Made by a program: the position numbers and the translations under genes
Source: an uncultured virus (IMG/VR IMGVR_UViG_3300010278_000172)
Lineage: Duplodnaviria; Heunggongvirae; Uroviricota; Caudoviricetes
Length of the DNA: 64,000 nucleotides
Virus record (IMG/VR): IMGVR_UViG_3300010278_000172
Reading direction: 5' to 3' (one strand)
The notes under the pieces: generated by a model
The model's input: only the letters and a program-made list of their open reading frames with translations
What the model was told of the DNA's origin: nothing
Database searches by the model: none
Shown here: in pieces, positions 38,138 to 48,788 of the stretch
Layout of the letters: the number at the start of each line of letters is the position of its first letter
Position numbering within the stretch: position 1 is the stretch's first letter

Positions 38138-39151
38138 ATGAAAGATTTTAACATGGATGACTACAGTGCATTAAAGGGCTCTACCCTTGTTAAGGGGCTT
38201 GCGGGAAGTGAGCAGCTTCGTTTTGATAGTGTTGAATCTGCAACTGTATTCTTTGCCAGAGAACTTGACCAGGTAAAGACAAAGACTTATGACAAGCAGT
38301 ATCCGGAGCTCTCTGCATTGTCTTACTTCCCTATCACTTCTGAGGTTAATGAGGGAGCAGAAACCACAACATATTACAGCTATGATATTACCGGTATGGC
38401 GGCGATCATTAACAATTATGCCACAGACCTTCCTAGAGTTGATGTACAGGGCGAATCCCACACTGCTTCTATTAAGTCTGTCGGTGACAGCTATGGTTAC
38501 AATGTGCAGGAAATGAGAGCTTCCAGAATGGCAGGAAAGTCTCTTGATGCCAGAAAAGGTGCAGCTGCAAGAAGAGCGTCAGATTATATGGTTAATAAGA
38601 TTGCTTTTGCAGGCGATAAGAAACATAATCTTGTCGGCATTTTCTCTGATGGTACCGACATTCCTCTGTACACTTTGTCCGAGGTTGAAGTTGATGGAAA
38701 GAAGTACACAGACTGGGCACATAAGACTGCTGATCAGATTCTTGAGGATATCAATGGCATGCAGAAGTTTGTTGACAAGATTACAATGTCTATCGAAAAG
38801 CCTGATACATTAGCTCTTCCGTCGTACATTTACATGGATCTTTCAACAAGAAGAATTCCAGATACGGAGACTACTGTACTAAGCTTTATCAAAGACCATG
38901 CACCATACTTAAAGAACTTCGAGAGCATGGCAGAGTTACAGGATTCCGCTACTGATATCAATCCTACAGGAAAGAATGTTGCGTTTATGTACACGAAGGA
39001 TCCGGAAAAGTTCAGTTTGGAAATTCCGCTTCCGTTCTACCAGTACCCATTGCAGGTACAGAAACTCGAGACAGAGATTCCTTGCGAAACAAGAACTGCT
39101 GGACTTATCATTTATTATCCGTTATCAATGCTTCTTGCATACGGAATTTAA
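38138..39151 (+). CDS. Major capsid protein (DUF2184-like)
   Basis: 337 aa, FFARELD, DLPRVD, NKIAFAGD, PDTLALP; position. Confidence 0.85.
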   Translation: MKDFNMDDYSALKGSTLVKGLAGSEQLRFDSVESATVFFARELDQVKTKTYDKQYPELSALSYFPITSEVNEGAETTTYYSYDITGMAAIINNYATDLPRVDVQGESHTASIKSVGDSYGYNVQEMRASRMAGKSLDARKGAAARRASDYMVNKIAFAGDKKHNLVGIFSDGTDIPLYTLSEVEVDGKKYTDWAHKTADQILEDINGMQKFVDKITMSIEKPDTLALPSYIYMDLSTRRIPDTETTVLSFIKDHAPYLKNFESMAELQDSATDINPTGKNVAFMYTKDPEKFSLEIPLPFYQYPLQVQKLETEIPCETRTAGLIIYYPLSMLLAYGI

Positions 39152-39166
39152 GGAGGAAATGACATT

Positions 39167-39571
39167 ATGAAGATTATCAATAAGTCGAGAAAGATTATCG
39201 GAATCAACGGAGAGCCACTCCTTCCTGGAGCGGATTTAGAGTTACCGGAGGGAATGGAAACCCATCCGGTAATTTCTTACTATCTGCAGAAAGGAATTGT
39301 GGTTGACTCCCAGAATGCCTCTGCGGAGGAGAAAACAGGTATTAGTGACCTTGAAAGAGCTCACATTGAGGAGGAAGCTATTGCCAAGTACAAGGCAGAG
39401 CAGGAGAAAGCGGCAAAAGCCGCAGCTTCTAAAGAAACTGAAATTAAGGCTGTTAATACCATGAAGAAAGACGAGCTGCTTACTAAGGCTGCCGGTATGG
39501 GACTTGAAGTAAACGACGATGATAAGGTTGAAACTTTGAAGGAGAAGATCATAGCCGAACTCAGCAAATAG
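39167..39571 (+). CDS. Head-associated hypothetical protein
   Basis: Follows capsid; C-terminal KKDELL...GL...KVETLK helical motif. Confidence 0.6.
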   Translation: MKIINKSRKIIGINGEPLLPGADLELPEGMETHPVISYYLQKGIVVDSQNASAEEKTGISDLERAHIEEEAIAKYKAEQEKAAKAAASKETEIKAVNTMKKDELLTKAAGMGLEVNDDDKVETLKEKIIAELSK

Positions 39572-39574
39572 GAG

Positions 39575-39973
39575 GTGGCTGTTATGGATGCCTTTGAAAT
39601 TATTCGGAAAACTATGAATGAGTTTGCGGAGGTGTCAGATGATACGATACAGGCTTTCATATCTCTTGCAGAGCCACTAATCAGCAAAAAGAGGTTCAGA
39701 AAGTTGTATCCGCAGGCTTTGGCATATTTAGCGGCACATAAAATGAAAATGTCTGGTTTAGGAAAGACAATCGGCATAGGAACGATAGGGGACACCATTG
39801 GATTATCTTCTGTTTCGGAAGGTGAGACATCGGTGTCCTTTTCCAATAATCAGGCAGGAAACACTGCGACGGATTCAGAATTTGGATTAACAGTATACGG
39901 CATGCAGTATCTCAATTTGAGAAAGCGTTGCATTGTTACTATTGTGTCGGCGGGTGTTGATTATGGCGGTTAA
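39575..39973 (+). CDS. Head-tail adaptor (DUF4054-like)
   Basis: YLAAH, SEGETSVSF, TVYGMQY. Confidence 0.75.
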   Translation: MAVMDAFEIIRKTMNEFAEVSDDTIQAFISLAEPLISKKRFRKLYPQALAYLAAHKMKMSGLGKTIGIGTIGDTIGLSSVSEGETSVSFSNNQAGNTATDSEFGLTVYGMQYLNLRKRCIVTIVSAGVDYGG

Positions 39974-40427
39974 AGTCAGAGAGAAAGTTACTGCTGATGG
40001 CAAGAAGTTTCAGAAGATGTTAGAGGACCTTGACAAACTGGAGGTACGAATAGGCATACAGCAGGGAGCTGGTAGCGATAATGGTGTGGATTTGGTTGAT
40101 ATCGCAATGTTCAATGAACTTGGAACTGTCCATATTCCGTCGAGACCATTCCTGCGAGATAGTGTTGACGCTCATTCTTCTGAAATCAATGCTTTTTTGC
40201 AGTCAATGAGGACGCAGCTGGTAAAAGGTGGCTCTGCAGAAGATACACTAAAGAAAATAGGAGTGTTTCAGAAAGGCTTGATACAGAAAGAGATTGTTAA
40301 TGGCGATTTTGTTCCGAATTCTCCGGAAACGATTAAAAGAAAAGGTTCTGATAAGCCATTGATTGATACAGGCCGCATGAGGCAGTCAATTAACTATGTA
40401 ATACAGGAGAAAGGAGGTTCTGACTAA
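39963..40427 (+). CDS. Neck/tail completion protein
   Basis: NELGT..IPSRPFLR, PNSPETIKRKGSDKPLIDTG. Confidence 0.75.
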   Translation: MAVKVREKVTADGKKFQKMLEDLDKLEVRIGIQQGAGSDNGVDLVDIAMFNELGTVHIPSRPFLRDSVDAHSSEINAFLQSMRTQLVKGGSAEDTLKKIGVFQKGLIQKEIVNGDFVPNSPETIKRKGSDKPLIDTGRMRQSINYVIQEKGGSD

Positions 40428-40804
40428 TGCCATTCTTTGGAAACACATACACATTGAGAAGATATGGGGAAGACCAGATTATAGATGGATATCCGACTGC
40501 CGGATACGAAGACATCCAAGTTGTTCTTGATGTGCAGACTATGTCGGATGATGAAGTGATAGAAGCTGGCGGGAGCAGAGATGAACAGATGTTGAAAACA
40601 TTTGGTAATTTTTCAATCAGAACATCGAAACAGGAAGAATGTGTTAGGTCAGACCAGCTTCTGTATGATGGAAGATGGTTTGAATGTATGTCTTCTCGCC
40701 TAAGCAGGAATACAATTTTGAAGCATTGGACATCAACATTTAAGCTGATACCAGTCAGCGAGAACAAAGAGCCGAGCAATTCTGAAATGGAGGAAACAGA
40801 ATGA
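40427..40804 (+). CDS. Head closure-like protein
   Basis: Size and position in neck module. Confidence 0.55.
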   Translation: MPFFGNTYTLRRYGEDQIIDGYPTAGYEDIQVVLDVQTMSDDEVIEAGGSRDEQMLKTFGNFSIRTSKQEECVRSDQLLYDGRWFECMSSRLSRNTILKHWTSTFKLIPVSENKEPSNSEMEETE

Positions 40805-41391
40805 CATTTTCGGAGGTTAAGAAGTTCATTTACGAACTTGTTAAGCGATATCATCCAGGAGCGATGGTGGTGTGGACGAAAACCAAAGGTGTAACACCTA
40901 AACCGCCATATATAACGCTTGGATATAGCAATTTGAATAGGTCAGCCTTTCCTTTGTCAGACGATGAAAGAGAACATAGATATTACAATTATGATTTCAT
41001 TTTTGAAATCAACTTATATACTGTTGGGAAAGAGGTAAAAGCTGGAAATGGAAGCTACTTTGAGAATACAGCAGTAGAAGATTTGGAAGAATTTATCAGA
41101 TTTCTTGATTCGGATGGAATTACAGAAGAATTGGCTGAAAAGAATGTAACTATTGTTATGAATCCACCAATAAGAGATTTATCAGAGCTGATCGGAGATA
41201 CGAAATTCAATTATCGTTCCATGTGCGAATTCACAATAACATTTGTCGGATTGGCTGATGGAAAGTATGGAGTATCTGGAATTCAAACCGTTCCGAATCC
41301 AAGCGGTGGAGGAATGAAGGAATTTGTAGAGGCAGAAACCTATGCAATAGAAGAAATAAGAATACAGGAGGAAACAGACAATGGCAATTAG
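40801..41391 (+). CDS. Tail terminator-like neck protein
   Basis: PKPPYITL; directly before sheath. Confidence 0.6.
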   Translation: MTFSEVKKFIYELVKRYHPGAMVVWTKTKGVTPKPPYITLGYSNLNRSAFPLSDDEREHRYYNYDFIFEINLYTVGKEVKAGNGSYFENTAVEDLEEFIRFLDSDGITEELAEKNVTIVMNPPIRDLSELIGDTKFNYRSMCEFTITFVGLADGKYGVSGIQTVPNPSGGGMKEFVEAETYAIEEIRIQEETDNGN

Positions 41392-42502
41392 AAATAATCT
41401 TGATGATATTGTTAATGTAGACATTGAGATTTCTACTCCGGGTTCAAGTGACGAAAGTTTCAACAATGTATTACTTGTTGTTGAAGGACCTGTTGTTGGA
41501 AAGAAATCAACTGACAATATCGGAACAAAAGTCATTAGTGTAGCGCAGGCAGGAGAACTTGCGGACTATGGCTTTTCAACAGAATCACAGGCATACATTA
41601 TGGCGAATGTGGCATTTTCACAATCACCAAAGCCAAGTCTTGTTTATGTTATTGCGAGACAGGTTGTGAGTGATGAAAGCGATCCTGTTACATATGAGAA
41701 AATTAGCGTCACTCTTGACAGGGCGAAAGAAGCTGGCGGATGGTATGGAATTGCTTTATCAAAAGCATTTCTTAATAAAGCAGATATTGAAGAAACAATC
41801 AAATGGACAGAAGCCAATAAGAAGATCTTTGGATTTACATTTGTTGAGCAGACTTTGCCAGTTAGCACAACGAATTATTTCCGCAGCTTTGCTGTCTATG
41901 GAGGTGGTGTCCCTGATGTTGAGGAAACACCGGACGAAAATTATTATATTTCGTTGGCAATGATGGCTAAGTGCTTTGGATATGATCCAGGAAGTGAAAC
42001 ATGGGGATTAAAACAACTGGCTGCGGTATATCCGTGCAAGTTATCAACTGATATGAAAAAATACTGTGATGGAAACTATGTCACATATTTTACAACTTAT
42101 GCTAAAAAGAACGTTACAAGTTCGATGGGCGGTAAGGTGCTTGGAAACGAATGGATTGACACAATTCGATTCAGAGATTGGCTAAAGAATGACATGCAGG
42201 AAAGAGTATTTAATCTTCTTGTGTTGAACACGAAAGTGCCTTTTACTGATGAAGGTATTACTGCGATTGAAGGTAAGATGGAAGAATCGTTAAAAGTGGG
42301 ACAGAAAGTAGGGGGTGTTGCTCCAACTGAGTATGACGACGATGATAACGAGATTCCAGGATATACAATTATCGTACCTTCGTCTGCAAGTATGAGTGAT
42401 GTAGAAAAGGCATCCCGACAGTTAACAGGCTGCAAATTTACAGCTAAATTAGCTGGAGCAATCCAGGTTGTAAATATCAATGGAAATCTTGTGTACGCAT
42501 AG
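41381..42502 (+). CDS. Tail sheath protein (DUF3383-like)
   Basis: FSQSPKP, EWID.IRFRDWL, KVPFTDEG, LAGAI. Confidence 0.85.
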   Translation: MAIRNNLDDIVNVDIEISTPGSSDESFNNVLLVVEGPVVGKKSTDNIGTKVISVAQAGELADYGFSTESQAYIMANVAFSQSPKPSLVYVIARQVVSDESDPVTYEKISVTLDRAKEAGGWYGIALSKAFLNKADIEETIKWTEANKKIFGFTFVEQTLPVSTTNYFRSFAVYGGGVPDVEETPDENYYISLAMMAKCFGYDPGSETWGLKQLAAVYPCKLSTDMKKYCDGNYVTYFTTYAKKNVTSSMGGKVLGNEWIDTIRFRDWLKNDMQERVFNLLVLNTKVPFTDEGITAIEGKMEESLKVGQKVGGVAPTEYDDDDNEIPGYTIIVPSSASMSDVEKASRQLTGCKFTAKLAGAIQVVNINGNLVYA

Positions 42503-42518
42503 AAGGAGGTGAAGGTTA

Positions 42519-42932
42519 ATGCCAAGAGTAACAACTTATAATCCGAAAAAGGTAACGCTTGCACTTGGAAACCATATTGCAAGCGGTTTTGCTGATGACA
42601 GCTTTATTGTTATTGAGCCTGCCGGAGACGGTAATAGTTATGTAGCAGGAGCGGATGGAGAGGTATGCGTAAGCGTAGATCCATCTTCTATTTACACAGT
42701 AAAGGTATCTGTTCTTCAGAACTCTAAGACTAACGCATATTGCAAGAAGATGTATGAGAAGATGAAGAAAAACGGAAAAGGATTTTTCCCTGTTACAGTA
42801 AAAGATCTCGTTGGAAATGAAAAATTCAGTGCTTCTACTGGTTGGATTACTAAAATCGCAGGCAAAACTTACGGAAAGGCTCAGAACAACCGTGAGTGGG
42901 AGATTGTGGTAGCTGACGGTGTAGAAAGTTAG
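42519..42932 (+). CDS. Tail tube protein (DUF3277-like)
   Basis: TYNPKKV, GFADDSFI, GADGE, REW; follows sheath. Confidence 0.8.
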   Translation: MPRVTTYNPKKVTLALGNHIASGFADDSFIVIEPAGDGNSYVAGADGEVCVSVDPSSIYTVKVSVLQNSKTNAYCKKMYEKMKKNGKGFFPVTVKDLVGNEKFSASTGWITKIAGKTYGKAQNNREWEIVVADGVES

Positions 42933-42942
42933 GAGGTAAAAT

Positions 42943-43482
42943 ATGGCACGATTAAAGCAGCTTGAACCAAAGAAGGAAACGATTGGAGGTCTGAATTTTT
43001 ATATAAGACCTTTTCCAGCTATGGTTGCCGCAAACCTTACGGGAGATTTAGCTTCGTTGCTTACCCCGGTTCTTGCAGCACTTATGCCGCTTGTAGGCAA
43101 TAGCGACAATGAAAGCGATGGGGAAGATGGAGATTTGATGGACATTGATGTAAATGATGCGGCCGCTTCCATTTCAAAGAGTATGGAAGGGTTTTCTGGT
43201 AGCAAAGTTGAATCGATGATGAAAAAATTGCTCATTGCTCATAAGAATGTAGTCGTTGAACTTCCTGTAATGGATGAGGACGATGTGGAGACAGGAGAGT
43301 ATTCACAGGAAATACTTGATATGGATATCGTAAATGAGATTTTTTGCGGGGATGTACAGAACATGTTCATTCTCGCTTTTTATGTTATCCGTTTGAACTT
43401 CAATGGTTTTTTCAAGAGACTCGCCGGCCCATCTGGGAAAGCAGGCGAGGCTATAGCGAAGAAGATGAGGAAGATATTGTAA
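42943..43482 (+). CDS. Tail assembly chaperone (G-like)
   Basis: Between tube and tape measure; contains slippery T TTT TTC at 43407-43413. Confidence 0.75.
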   Translation: MARLKQLEPKKETIGGLNFYIRPFPAMVAANLTGDLASLLTPVLAALMPLVGNSDNESDGEDGDLMDIDVNDAAASISKSMEGFSGSKVESMMKKLLIAHKNVVVELPVMDEDDVETGEYSQEILDMDIVNEIFCGDVQNMFILAFYVIRLNFNGFFKRLAGPSGKAGEAIAKKMRKIL

Positions 43483-43682
43483 AATACGGAAAACTTGACA
43501 CCTCACAATTTTCCGAGCTGGAGTTGAGAATGTACATATTGATTAAAGCTAAATTAGCTTCAATGTTCGAGCTGAAGGAATATTACACCTTAGACGAGGC
43601 ATTGAAGCTATATGCTTTATATCGTATGGACATGGATATTCAGAATGGAAAGGCCGAGGAAATGAGAGAAAGGAGGGAATAG
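43407..43682 (+). CDS. Tail assembly chaperone extension (GT-like, -1 frame)
   Basis: Open -1 frame from the slippery site to just before the tape measure; YTLDEALKL motif. Confidence 0.6.
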   Translation, partial: FFQETRRPIWESRRGYSEEDEEDIVKYGKLDTSQFSELELRMYILIKAKLASMFELKEYYTLDEALKLYALYRMDMDIQNGKAEEMRERRE

Positions 43683-43684
43683 CA

Positions 43685-46360
43685 TTGACGATAAGAGATA
43701 TTGCGGTTGCATTTGGTATTGAAGTTGAACAGAAAAGTGTCGGTGCTGCAGAGAACGCCATCAAAGGTGTAAAAAATATGGCTTCAAAGCTATTAGGCGC
43801 TATTGGAATAGGTTTTTCAATTGCTGGCATTGCAAACTTAGCGGAAGCAGCGGCAGATGCAGAGGCATTAAAATCACAGTTTTCGCAGGTATTTGGAGAT
43901 TTAGAGCAGGATGCTTCAGACAAGCTTGATAAGATTGCTGATGAAACTGGAGTAACCGTAAATAGAATGAAGGGCAGTTTTACCCAGATAGCCGCATTTG
44001 CAAAGACAACAGGAATGGAGCAGGCGGACGCATTAGATATTGCTGACAGATCCATGAAAGCTGTTGCGGATTCTGCTGCATTCTACGATAGAAGCATAGA
44101 AGATGTAACTAATTCCCTCCAGTCTTTCTTGAAAGGTAATTTTGAAAATGACGCTGCTCTTGGTCTTTCATGTACTGAGACAACGAGAAATACAGCCGCA
44201 AATGCGTTGTACGGAAAGTCGTTTAAAGACTTGTCAGAAGCGGAAAAACAGCTGACATTACTGCAGATGGTTGAGGATGCGAATAAAGCCTCTGGTGCAA
44301 TAGGGCAGGCGGCCAGAGAATCTGATACATGGACCAATCAGCTTGGTAATTTGAAACAGAATGTGCAGGATTTGAAAGCGGCTGCTGGAAATGCGTTCTT
44401 AAAGCCGGCAGTAATGGTATTAAAACTGCTAAATTCCCTAGTATCAAAGGCAACTGTGGGGATGAAAAAGCTGACATCAGAGACAGGAATCCTAACCAAA
44501 GCGTTCAATGGTATGCATGCTTTAGTAAAAAGATTGAAGCCAGCTATTGATCGAATGATGCAGACCTTGCAGATAGGGGCTAAAAAAGGCATGGGAATGG
44601 TGAAAAATGTTATAGATAAACTTGGTGGAGTTGATAACGCTCTGAAGCTCTTGGCTATTATTGCCGGAGCTTTTTTTATTGTAATGAATTGGAGCAAAAT
44701 CATATCTGGAGCAAAGACATTTATTACATTACTTACAAAAATGAAAGGCTTATTCAGCTTGGCGAATTTGAAGACTTTGGCTATTGTGGCGGCGGTAGTG
44801 CTGTTGGCACTGATTGTTGAAGATTTTATAAATTTCCTTATGGGAAATGATTCTGTTATTGGAACAATATTTGACAAGGCAGGTATTGGTGCAGATAATG
44901 CCAGGGAAGCTATTTTCAAAGCATGGCAGAAAGTTAAAGAATTTCTGCTTAATGTATGGGATTTCCTCAAGCAAGCTGCCGGAATGTGGGTTGATACTGT
45001 TAAAGGGTTCTTCGAGAGGCATGGAGAAAGTATAAAGGCTAACTTCATGAGAGTTTGGGGAATCATAAAAACATTCCTGAGTGGAGTATGGACATTTATC
45101 TCCCAGCTGGCGGCAACGATATTTGGAGGAACGGAAGATAGTATAGATGGTTCTACAACAAGCACGAAGGACAAACTTTTAGCTGTATGGCAAGCTATTC
45201 TCGATGCTTTGTCAGCGGTTTGGGATGCTTTATATGAAGCTGGGAGTGCTGTATTCAATGCTATTGCGACTGTAATAGAAACTGTATTTGGATGGATCCA
45301 GACATTTTGGAATGCGTGGGGTTCTACGATACTCGCATGGTTTAAAGGGCTGTGGGACAACTGCGGACAATTTATAAATGGATTCCTCGAAGTAATAAAA
45401 GGACTTGCGAATTTTATAAGCTCTGTATTCACAGGAAACTGGTCTGGGGCATGGGAGGCTATCAAACAGATATTCTCTGGAATATGGGATATGATTGTAG
45501 CTTTCTTACAGCAGGCATGGAACACAATATCAACAGTTCTGACTATTGGATTAGGTGCTTTGCAGGCACTTTGGAACGCAATTTGGGGTGCAATAAGTGC
45601 ATTTTTCTCTGGAATATGGAATGGAATAGTTTCTTTCTTGACAGGAATATGGAATACAATAACAAGCACTATTTCAAATGCAATCAATTCTGCTTATAAC
45701 ACGATAGTTTCAGTGTTGCAGTCCATATACAACTTTTTCAGTAGTATTTTTTCAAACATAGCTAATTCCGTAAGTTCCACATTCAATAATATAGTGAGTG
45801 GAATTAAAGGTGCCGTGGGGAATATCAAATCTGCTATTGTTGATGGATTCAATGCGGCAATCAGCTTTATAACAAGCCTTCCGTCGAAGGCGGTCCAATG
45901 GGGTGCTGATTTCATCGGGGGCTTAAAAAACGGAATTATGTCTGGTGTGCAGGGGATTGTAAATGCTGTAAAAGGTATTGGAGATAAGATCAAATCATTT
46001 CTGCATTTCTCAGTTCCGGATGAAGGACCATTAACTGATTATGAAAGTTGGATGCCTGATTTTATGGGCGGACTGGCCGAAGGTATCAGTTCAAATGAAG
46101 ACACTGTTCTTGACAAAGTTAAAGGGCTCGCAGGCGGCATATCAACCATTATGAAAGGAGCTACAGCTTCAGCTGCAACAGCAACTGGAAGTGCAGTAAA
46201 TAACACAAGTAATACGACAAATGTGACACAGAACAATACCTTCAATAATTCTTACTCTGGCAGTGATGTACAGGCACAACAGAATGTATCGAAGGGCATG
46301 AAACAGTCGGCACAGGATGCCACAAGCTATATGGCTAAAGGGCTGGCATATGCAAGGTAG
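43685..46360 (+). CDS. Tape measure protein
   Basis: 891 aa, Ala/Gly-rich helical, periodic W/F repeats, LHFSVPDEGPL. Confidence 0.92.
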   Translation: MTIRDIAVAFGIEVEQKSVGAAENAIKGVKNMASKLLGAIGIGFSIAGIANLAEAAADAEALKSQFSQVFGDLEQDASDKLDKIADETGVTVNRMKGSFTQIAAFAKTTGMEQADALDIADRSMKAVADSAAFYDRSIEDVTNSLQSFLKGNFENDAALGLSCTETTRNTAANALYGKSFKDLSEAEKQLTLLQMVEDANKASGAIGQAARESDTWTNQLGNLKQNVQDLKAAAGNAFLKPAVMVLKLLNSLVSKATVGMKKLTSETGILTKAFNGMHALVKRLKPAIDRMMQTLQIGAKKGMGMVKNVIDKLGGVDNALKLLAIIAGAFFIVMNWSKIISGAKTFITLLTKMKGLFSLANLKTLAIVAAVVLLALIVEDFINFLMGNDSVIGTIFDKAGIGADNAREAIFKAWQKVKEFLLNVWDFLKQAAGMWVDTVKGFFERHGESIKANFMRVWGIIKTFLSGVWTFISQLAATIFGGTEDSIDGSTTSTKDKLLAVWQAILDALSAVWDALYEAGSAVFNAIATVIETVFGWIQTFWNAWGSTILAWFKGLWDNCGQFINGFLEVIKGLANFISSVFTGNWSGAWEAIKQIFSGIWDMIVAFLQQAWNTISTVLTIGLGALQALWNAIWGAISAFFSGIWNGIVSFLTGIWNTITSTISNAINSAYNTIVSVLQSIYNFFSSIFSNIANSVSSTFNNIVSGIKGAVGNIKSAIVDGFNAAISFITSLPSKAVQWGADFIGGLKNGIMSGVQGIVNAVKGIGDKIKSFLHFSVPDEGPLTDYESWMPDFMGGLAEGISSNEDTVLDKVKGLAGGISTIMKGATASAATATGSAVNNTSNTTNVTQNNTFNNSYSGSDVQAQQNVSKGMKQSAQDATSYMAKGLAYAR

Positions 46361-46370
46361 GTGAAAAGGA

Positions 46371-46994
46371 ATGGCAAGAAATCTAAAACCGGTTAGCATT
46401 GCCGGAATAGAAGGGGATGCTCTAATCAGCGAAGATATTAGTTATTCTGCTGACATTCCCGAGTATCCTGTTGAGAATGGGTACAATGTATCAGACACAA
46501 TTATATTAAAACCTATTCAGTTAAGCATCACGTTATATATAAGTGATAGCCCAGCTACATGGAGGAATCGCAAAGGACATAGCCCATCGGCGGGCAGAAC
46601 CAAGAAGATATGTGAAAAGTTTGAGAAATTGTATTTTCAGAGAAAATTGGTAAAGGTTGTCACTACAGACAAGATATATACCAATATGGGAATTACATCA
46701 ATGTCAATTTCTCATAGTTCGGAAATTGGGTACGCACGACAGATACAGTTTTCATTAAAGAAAGTGTATGTAACCAAAAGAAAAACGGTTTACATACCTA
46801 AATATATTTTGCAGAGTGGAGAATCGAAGAAGAGCGCAGGAAAAGCGACAACGTCATCCAGTAGTTCAAAATCTTCGGGTTCTTCGACAAGCAAATCTGG
46901 AGGCTCTAATAAATCCGGAGGCTCTGGCAAGTCGAGTGGTGGAAAGAAGGGCTCTATATTATATAACATCGGAAAAAAAACAGGATTTTTGTAG
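46371..46994 (+). CDS. Baseplate / tube initiator protein
   Basis: YPVENG..VSD motif; follows tape measure. Confidence 0.65.
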   Translation: MARNLKPVSIAGIEGDALISEDISYSADIPEYPVENGYNVSDTIILKPIQLSITLYISDSPATWRNRKGHSPSAGRTKKICEKFEKLYFQRKLVKVVTTDKIYTNMGITSMSISHSSEIGYARQIQFSLKKVYVTKRKTVYIPKYILQSGESKKSAGKATTSSSSSKSSGSSTSKSGGSNKSGGSGKSSGGKKGSILYNIGKKTGFL

Positions 46995-47005
46995 GAGGTG
47001 GGTAA

Positions 47006-47323
47006 ATGCTATATATTACAGTTCCGGATATGAACGATAGCGTATCGTCGGTGACGATTGCAGAAAAAGAGTATCTTATCCGCTTTACATACAATGGAAC
47101 AGGAGATTTTTGGAGCTTTGGATTATCAGACACAGACGAAAATCCTATTATTTCTCCGACCAAGATTGTGCCTAATTTCCCGCTGACACATTTTATGAAT
47201 TTCACATCATTGCCAGATGGAATATTCGGTGCAATTAGTGAAGAAACAAGACTTACAAGGGAATCTTTCAATAATGGAACCGCAGAATTTGTTTTTATAC
47301 CTTGGGATGAATGGGAGGATTAA
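47006..47323 (+). CDS. Baseplate plug-like protein
   Basis: Size and position; FTYN...FWS. Confidence 0.55.
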   Translation: MLYITVPDMNDSVSSVTIAEKEYLIRFTYNGTGDFWSFGLSDTDENPIISPTKIVPNFPLTHFMNFTSLPDGIFGAISEETRLTRESFNNGTAEFVFIPWDEWED

Positions 47324-47324
47324 A

Positions 47325-48203
47325 ATGGCACAGGAGAATTTTATCAGAAGATATCTTATGAAGGCTGGGAAAATGGGGCATAACGGATTTCAAATCGGTC
47401 AAACTTCAACCGAGAATCCGCATGCATTGCATATAAGTTTTAGCATTGAAAAATCGACATCAGAAACTGCCAATACAGCCAAGGTACAAATATGGAATTT
47501 ATCCCCTGCCAATCTCAGCATCCTCGACACGAAAGATTGCACAATTGAATTACAGGCGGGATATGCCAATCACATTGCATTGATTCTAGCAGGAAATGTA
47601 GTTACATCGTCAACTGAAATGGATGGGGCAGACAGAATGACGGAAATAGAAGTTGTCGACGGAAGGGTTGCTTTGAGAGATACATATATATCCATTTCTC
47701 GCTCTGGAAAAGTTAACAGCAAGGAGGTATTTGACCAAATTGCAGGAGAAATGGGTGTGTCGGTTGTGTATTCAAAAGGTTGCAAATTCAAAACCTTACC
47801 GCATGGATTTAGTTATGTAGGAGCAGCCAAAACAGCTTTGAAAAAGCTATGTAAGACATGTGGTCTTAAATGGTCTATTCAGAATTCGGTTTTACAAATA
47901 AGGAAACCAAATGAGGCTATAACAACTAGGGCGTATCTTTTAAGTACCGATACGGGACTTTTAGAGGTGCCTAAGCGAATAACTATATCCTCCGAAAGCG
48001 ACGATTCGAGCAACGGAAAAAGCAATAGTCAGATAGGCTATGAAGTGAAATATTTTTTGAATGGAGCGATTGGAGTGAATGATTATATAAGATTGGAAAG
48101 CGACAAAGTGCGTGGATATTTTAGAGTTTACAAGCTGACGATTGACGGAGACAATCTGGAAGGTGATTGGATATGCACAGCACAGCTTTTGGAGGTGAAA
48201 TAA
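47325..48203 (+). CDS. Baseplate hub protein
   Basis: AKVQIWNL, LQAGY, WSIQN, TGLL..P, GDN. Confidence 0.7.
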   Translation: MAQENFIRRYLMKAGKMGHNGFQIGQTSTENPHALHISFSIEKSTSETANTAKVQIWNLSPANLSILDTKDCTIELQAGYANHIALILAGNVVTSSTEMDGADRMTEIEVVDGRVALRDTYISISRSGKVNSKEVFDQIAGEMGVSVVYSKGCKFKTLPHGFSYVGAAKTALKKLCKTCGLKWSIQNSVLQIRKPNEAITTRAYLLSTDTGLLEVPKRITISSESDDSSNGKSNSQIGYEVKYFLNGAIGVNDYIRLESDKVRGYFRVYKLTIDGDNLEGDWICTAQLLEVK

Positions 48204-48772
48204 TGTTACAAGAATTTGTAGAACAGGTCGAAAAGGCTGCAAGGTCGGTAATGGAAGAAATGCATACTGCGATTCCTGGAAAAATAACGGCATTTAATGC
48301 AGGAACAGGATTTGCAACTGTAAAACCTTATGGAACATACACTACTGATTCTGGAAGAAAAATGGCATACCCAACAGTAACGGAAGTACCGGTCATTATT
48401 CCTCAAAGTCAGGTGAATGACATTTATATTGCCTTTCCAATAACAGTTGGTATGGATTGCTTGCTAATCATTTCAGAACAGGAATTGGATGCATGGATAG
48501 GTGGCGGCGAATCAGAAAACGATATTCGGTTTGACTTGACAAGTGCCATAGCAATCCCCGGATTGTCCAATAAGGGCAACGCTGCTTTGAGGGAGGCTTG
48601 CAGTAAAAAGAGTTTGATATTGCAGAATGGTGCGACAAAGGTGTCGGTGAATAAAGACAATGTGGAAATCGCAGGAAATTTAATTGTGAGTGGCGATGTA
48701 AAAGCTGGAAATATATCTCTGAAAAATCATACACATGCAGGTGTGCACGGAGACACATCAAAGGCAAAATAA
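48203..48772 (+). CDS. Baseplate spike (Gp138/gpV-like)
   Basis: HTAIPG, C-terminal SLKNHTHAGV double-His tip motif. Confidence 0.8.
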   Translation: MLQEFVEQVEKAARSVMEEMHTAIPGKITAFNAGTGFATVKPYGTYTTDSGRKMAYPTVTEVPVIIPQSQVNDIYIAFPITVGMDCLLIISEQELDAWIGGGESENDIRFDLTSAIAIPGLSNKGNAALREACSKKSLILQNGATKVSVNKDNVEIAGNLIVSGDVKAGNISLKNHTHAGVHGDTSKAK

Positions 48773-48788
48773 AGAAGGAGGCGAGGAA

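Noticed and set aside
44338..45687. Long antisense ORFs (449 aa here; also 9944-10729, 26461-27057)
   Set aside because: Shadow frames of the tape measure, coiled-coil and membrane genes, without motifs
46855..46950. Ser/Gly/Lys-rich low-complexity stretch
   Set aside because: Ordinary flexible tail in a baseplate protein, with no exact DNA repeat unit
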